A stretch of 32,000 bases of DNA from Paramicrosporidium saccamoebae KSL3 (lineage: Eukaryota; Fungi; Cryptomycota): assembly GCA_002794465.1 (NCBI GenBank), contig MTSL01000107.1, forward strand, positions 37,937 to 69,936, given 5' to 3'. The position numbers and the translations under genes were made by a program. A model generated the notes under the pieces. That model saw only the letters and a program-made list of their open reading frames with translations. It was not told the origin of the DNA and did no database searches. This document shows, piece by piece, positions 29,832 through 32,000 of the stretch (within the stretch, counting starts at the first letter, position 1; each line of letters starts with the position of its first letter).

Positions 29832-30341
29832 ATGCAGGTGAGTAGTCCGGCTGAGGGATGTACCCTCTTTACCGTCAATGGGGAGCAAGGTCCTTCCTTT
29901 TTTGTCGAGTCAGTAATTACGGCGGCCATAGTGTGGTTTTCTTATGTAACATGGATGTCTTGTTGTCGATAGTCTAGGTCACTGGTTCTGCTGTCATTGC
30001 AATTATATTACTCGGTACTCTATTCCTTCTACGTCGCAGGGCGACTCACTCTGAGAGCGTGCTTGTAGTCCCGCAGGTTGGTCTGCAATTCACCCGCACA
30101 TCCCGCGACGGCGCTACGAGCAGTAGGTTTCTCGAATTTCCCCAGGAAGTACTGATATTGGAAGGTGCCCGGCGACTGCATTACATTTATTTCATGACGG
30201 CAGGCGGGGTCGTCTTGTTTCCGGTACTTGATTGGGTCGCTCTTACTTTAGGACTCTTTACCAAAACTGGAGCAACTCGAGATGGTTCGTGATGCCATCC
30301 AGCGCGGATCCAAGGAGAGTGTGATTTGCGAGAGATTATAG
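29832..30341 (+). CDS. GPI15: GPI-GlcNAc transferase subunit PIG-H/Gpi15. Exons 29832-29945, 29978-30223, 30252-30341.
   Basis: Spliced product has two TM segments, then ESVLVVPQVGLQF...RFL...ILEG...VVLFP|DSLPKLEQLEMVRDAI, the PIG-H pattern. Introns of 32 and 28 nt. Confidence 0.8.
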
Positions 30342-30431
30342 CATGGATCATAACCCCAATAAACGGTCTTTACACATGGGAAAGAGCACGATTCCGGATC
30401 GAAAATCATATGAATATATCTGCCGTTCAAA

Positions 30432-30977
30432 GTGTGACGTAGAGGTAGAGGATTGATTAGTCGGGTATTTGAGGATAGTTCCCTAGTTGCTGGGTATTTG
30501 AGGACAGTGAGATGTGTATTCGTGCTATTCTAGGATTAGCAGTGAACAACCCCCTTCCCGTCCGTGGTATTATCCCCACTACGCGATAAATGTCTCGTGT
30601 ATATATTGCAGATCAAAGACACCCTAAGTACACCGCTAATCAAGACCCCCGATGCAGAGTTGGCTCCTGTAGTCCTTGCACAAATGACCCTTATTTATAC
30701 ACGATTATAAATGAACATCACACTTCCCTGCTCCTTCCATGACAATATGCTTTAGTTTAGACTCTTTTAGGTAACTGTCAAACAGCATCCACTTGTCTCG
30801 TAGTGGGGATAAATAGTATGGACTGGAAGGGGGGCTGTTTACTGCTAATCCTATAACAATATGGATACACATTTCAGTCCTCAAATACCCAGCAAAGCGA
30901 TCCACTCTAGCACTCAAATACCCAGCAACTAGGGAACTATCCTCAAATACCCGACTAGTCAATTCTCTACGTCACAC
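30432..30977. mobile_element. Foldback/MITE-like structure: inverted module-Y arms 30432-30592 and 30790-30977 around a ~200 bp non-coding spacer
   Basis: Perfect 45-bp inverted core (30458-30502 / 30913-30957) and perfect 13-bp outer ends GTGTGACGTAGAG. Subterminal GGGTATTTGAG occurs 2x in the left arm and 3x in the right. No TSD found. Confidence 0.6.
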
Positions 30978-31089
30978 ACTTATTATTGGCGAGTCCGACC
31001 CAGATAGCAGTCCCACAGGCCAGTTTGGTCATATTAAGAATGGCTATCTATAAAGAAGCCATATACTTTAATAAAAAAGCTCACCCATC
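30978..31089 (-). repeat. Dispersed repeat module X, reference copy contiguous with module Y
   Basis: Homologous to 19101-19196 and 13349-13447. Begins at the stop codon of the 31088 ORF. Confidence 0.85.
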
Positions 31090-31999
31090 AATAGTAACTA
31101 GTCTTGTCATTCATATTGATTAATCGATGATTTGATTGGATACTCCGGGTGTAAAAAGGTATGTGAGAGAATGTTTTGCGGCGAGTAGATCCGGGTTTTT
31201 CGATAATTTGCTCAATGATCCTCCATCCTTCCGAAAGAGTTTTCAAAGTCCAATCCAGTTCCTGGTTCTTTTTATCATTAAGTATGCACTCTTTCATTAC
31301 TGACATGTCGCCTCCAGAAAGTGCGGTTCGGAACCACAGGCCCAAGCAAGCTCTTGGACATCCTTCGTGTCCGAGGTAATCTAACAAAAGCCACGATTTG
31401 ACGGGCGCGACGTCTTGTAGATATCGCATGAAAGCGGGCTGCACTGGTGTTGGGACATCAACTAACCCTTGCATGTAGTGCAAATGCGTCTTTTTCGTTC
31501 TTATATTTGTGACATTGGAGAGTTGCTGGTGCTTGAAATGAAGTTTTATACGGTCAGAGTAGTCCAGCAGTAAATATGCTGTGATGGCACGCCCAAGCAG
31601 CTTGGGAGTGGTGTCAGCCAGAGCTTTGTGTGCTTTAACAGTATCTACATCGTAGCTAATAATCAAATAGACCCAGTCAGAGAACCCGCTCTTGGAGGAT
31701 CCTTTACTGGGAGCTCCTTTACTGGAAGATCCCATACCCGGTTTCTGCCATAGCCAATTCAAAAGCGATGGATACTGACTCGGAAAACGACAGTCACTAG
31801 TGGCCTTTAGGAATAAGAGTGCGCCCATAATTGGCTGATATCCGGGAGTGAGAACGAATTGTCTACACATCTCGATCACTTGTCTGATCAAGTTCCTACG
31901 ACCGTCAATCTCATTGCCGTCATAAAATCCGTCTATACGCTGTGACAATTTGTCGGTGCATGCGTTGGTCGTTGCATTTGCAACACGCTTAATTATCAA
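31088..31999 (-). CDS. Hypothetical protein, 3' part; frame open to the window edge
   Basis: At least 303 uninterrupted codons ending in TGA. No family recognised. Confidence 0.65.
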   Translation of the reverse strand: MIIKRVANATTNACTDKLSQRIDGFYDGNEIDGRRNLIRQVIEMCRQFVLTPGYQPIMGALLFLKATSDCRFPSQYPSLLNWLWQKPGMGSSSKGAPSKGSSKSGFSDWVYLIISYDVDTVKAHKALADTTPKLLGRAITAYLLLDYSDRIKLHFKHQQLSNVTNIRTKKTHLHYMQGLVDVPTPVQPAFMRYLQDVAPVKSWLLLDYLGHEGCPRACLGLWFRTALSGGDMSVMKECILNDKKNQELDWTLKTLSEGWRIIEQIIEKPGSTRRKTFSHIPFYTRSIQSNHRLINMNDKTSYY

Positions 32000-32000
32000 G

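Noticed and set aside
30458-30952. GGGTATTTGAG repeats, and the 33-mer at 261-341, considered as CRISPR-like arrays
   Set aside because: Too few units, no regular unique spacers, no cas genes, and a eukaryotic context.
30705-30962. 85-aa ORF inside the foldback element
   Set aside because: It runs through the repeat arm and shows no transposase motifs.
1-32000. tRNA, rRNA or snoRNA genes
   Set aside because: No cloverleaf with a T-loop/B-box or rRNA-like sequence was seen by eye. tRNAscan-SE/Infernal would be needed to exclude them.

Overview
Gene-dense eukaryotic DNA with short intergenic spacers and tiny (28-38 nt) GT-AG introns. This fits a reduced fungus-related genome such as a Rozellomycota/early-diverging microsporidian; the taxon is inferred, not established. 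Housekeeping genes: tafazzin 3' end, RFT1, a TRM3/TARBP1 homologue that stops before its SpoU methyltransferase domain, RPP0, a PRELI/Ups lipid-transfer gene, PER1, UTP20, RPS30, eIF2B-delta and PIG-H/GPI15. Several of these needed intron reconstruction that the ORF track missed. Between the truncated TRM3 and RPP0 lies an ~11 kb accessory block of intronless signal-peptide genes. It holds four tandem paralogues with an F-box-like N-terminal motif and a HECT-N-lobe-like C-terminal segment (two soluble, two with hydrophobic tails), an intact secreted EEP-family enzyme next to a catalytically dead membrane-anchored paralogue, and a small GPI-type protein. An unnamed two-module intergenic repeat (X and Y) occurs at six loci. 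It forms a ~550 bp foldback at 30.4-31.0 kb and sits in inverted orientation at both edges of the accessory block. All identities are hand alignments; no database search was possible.
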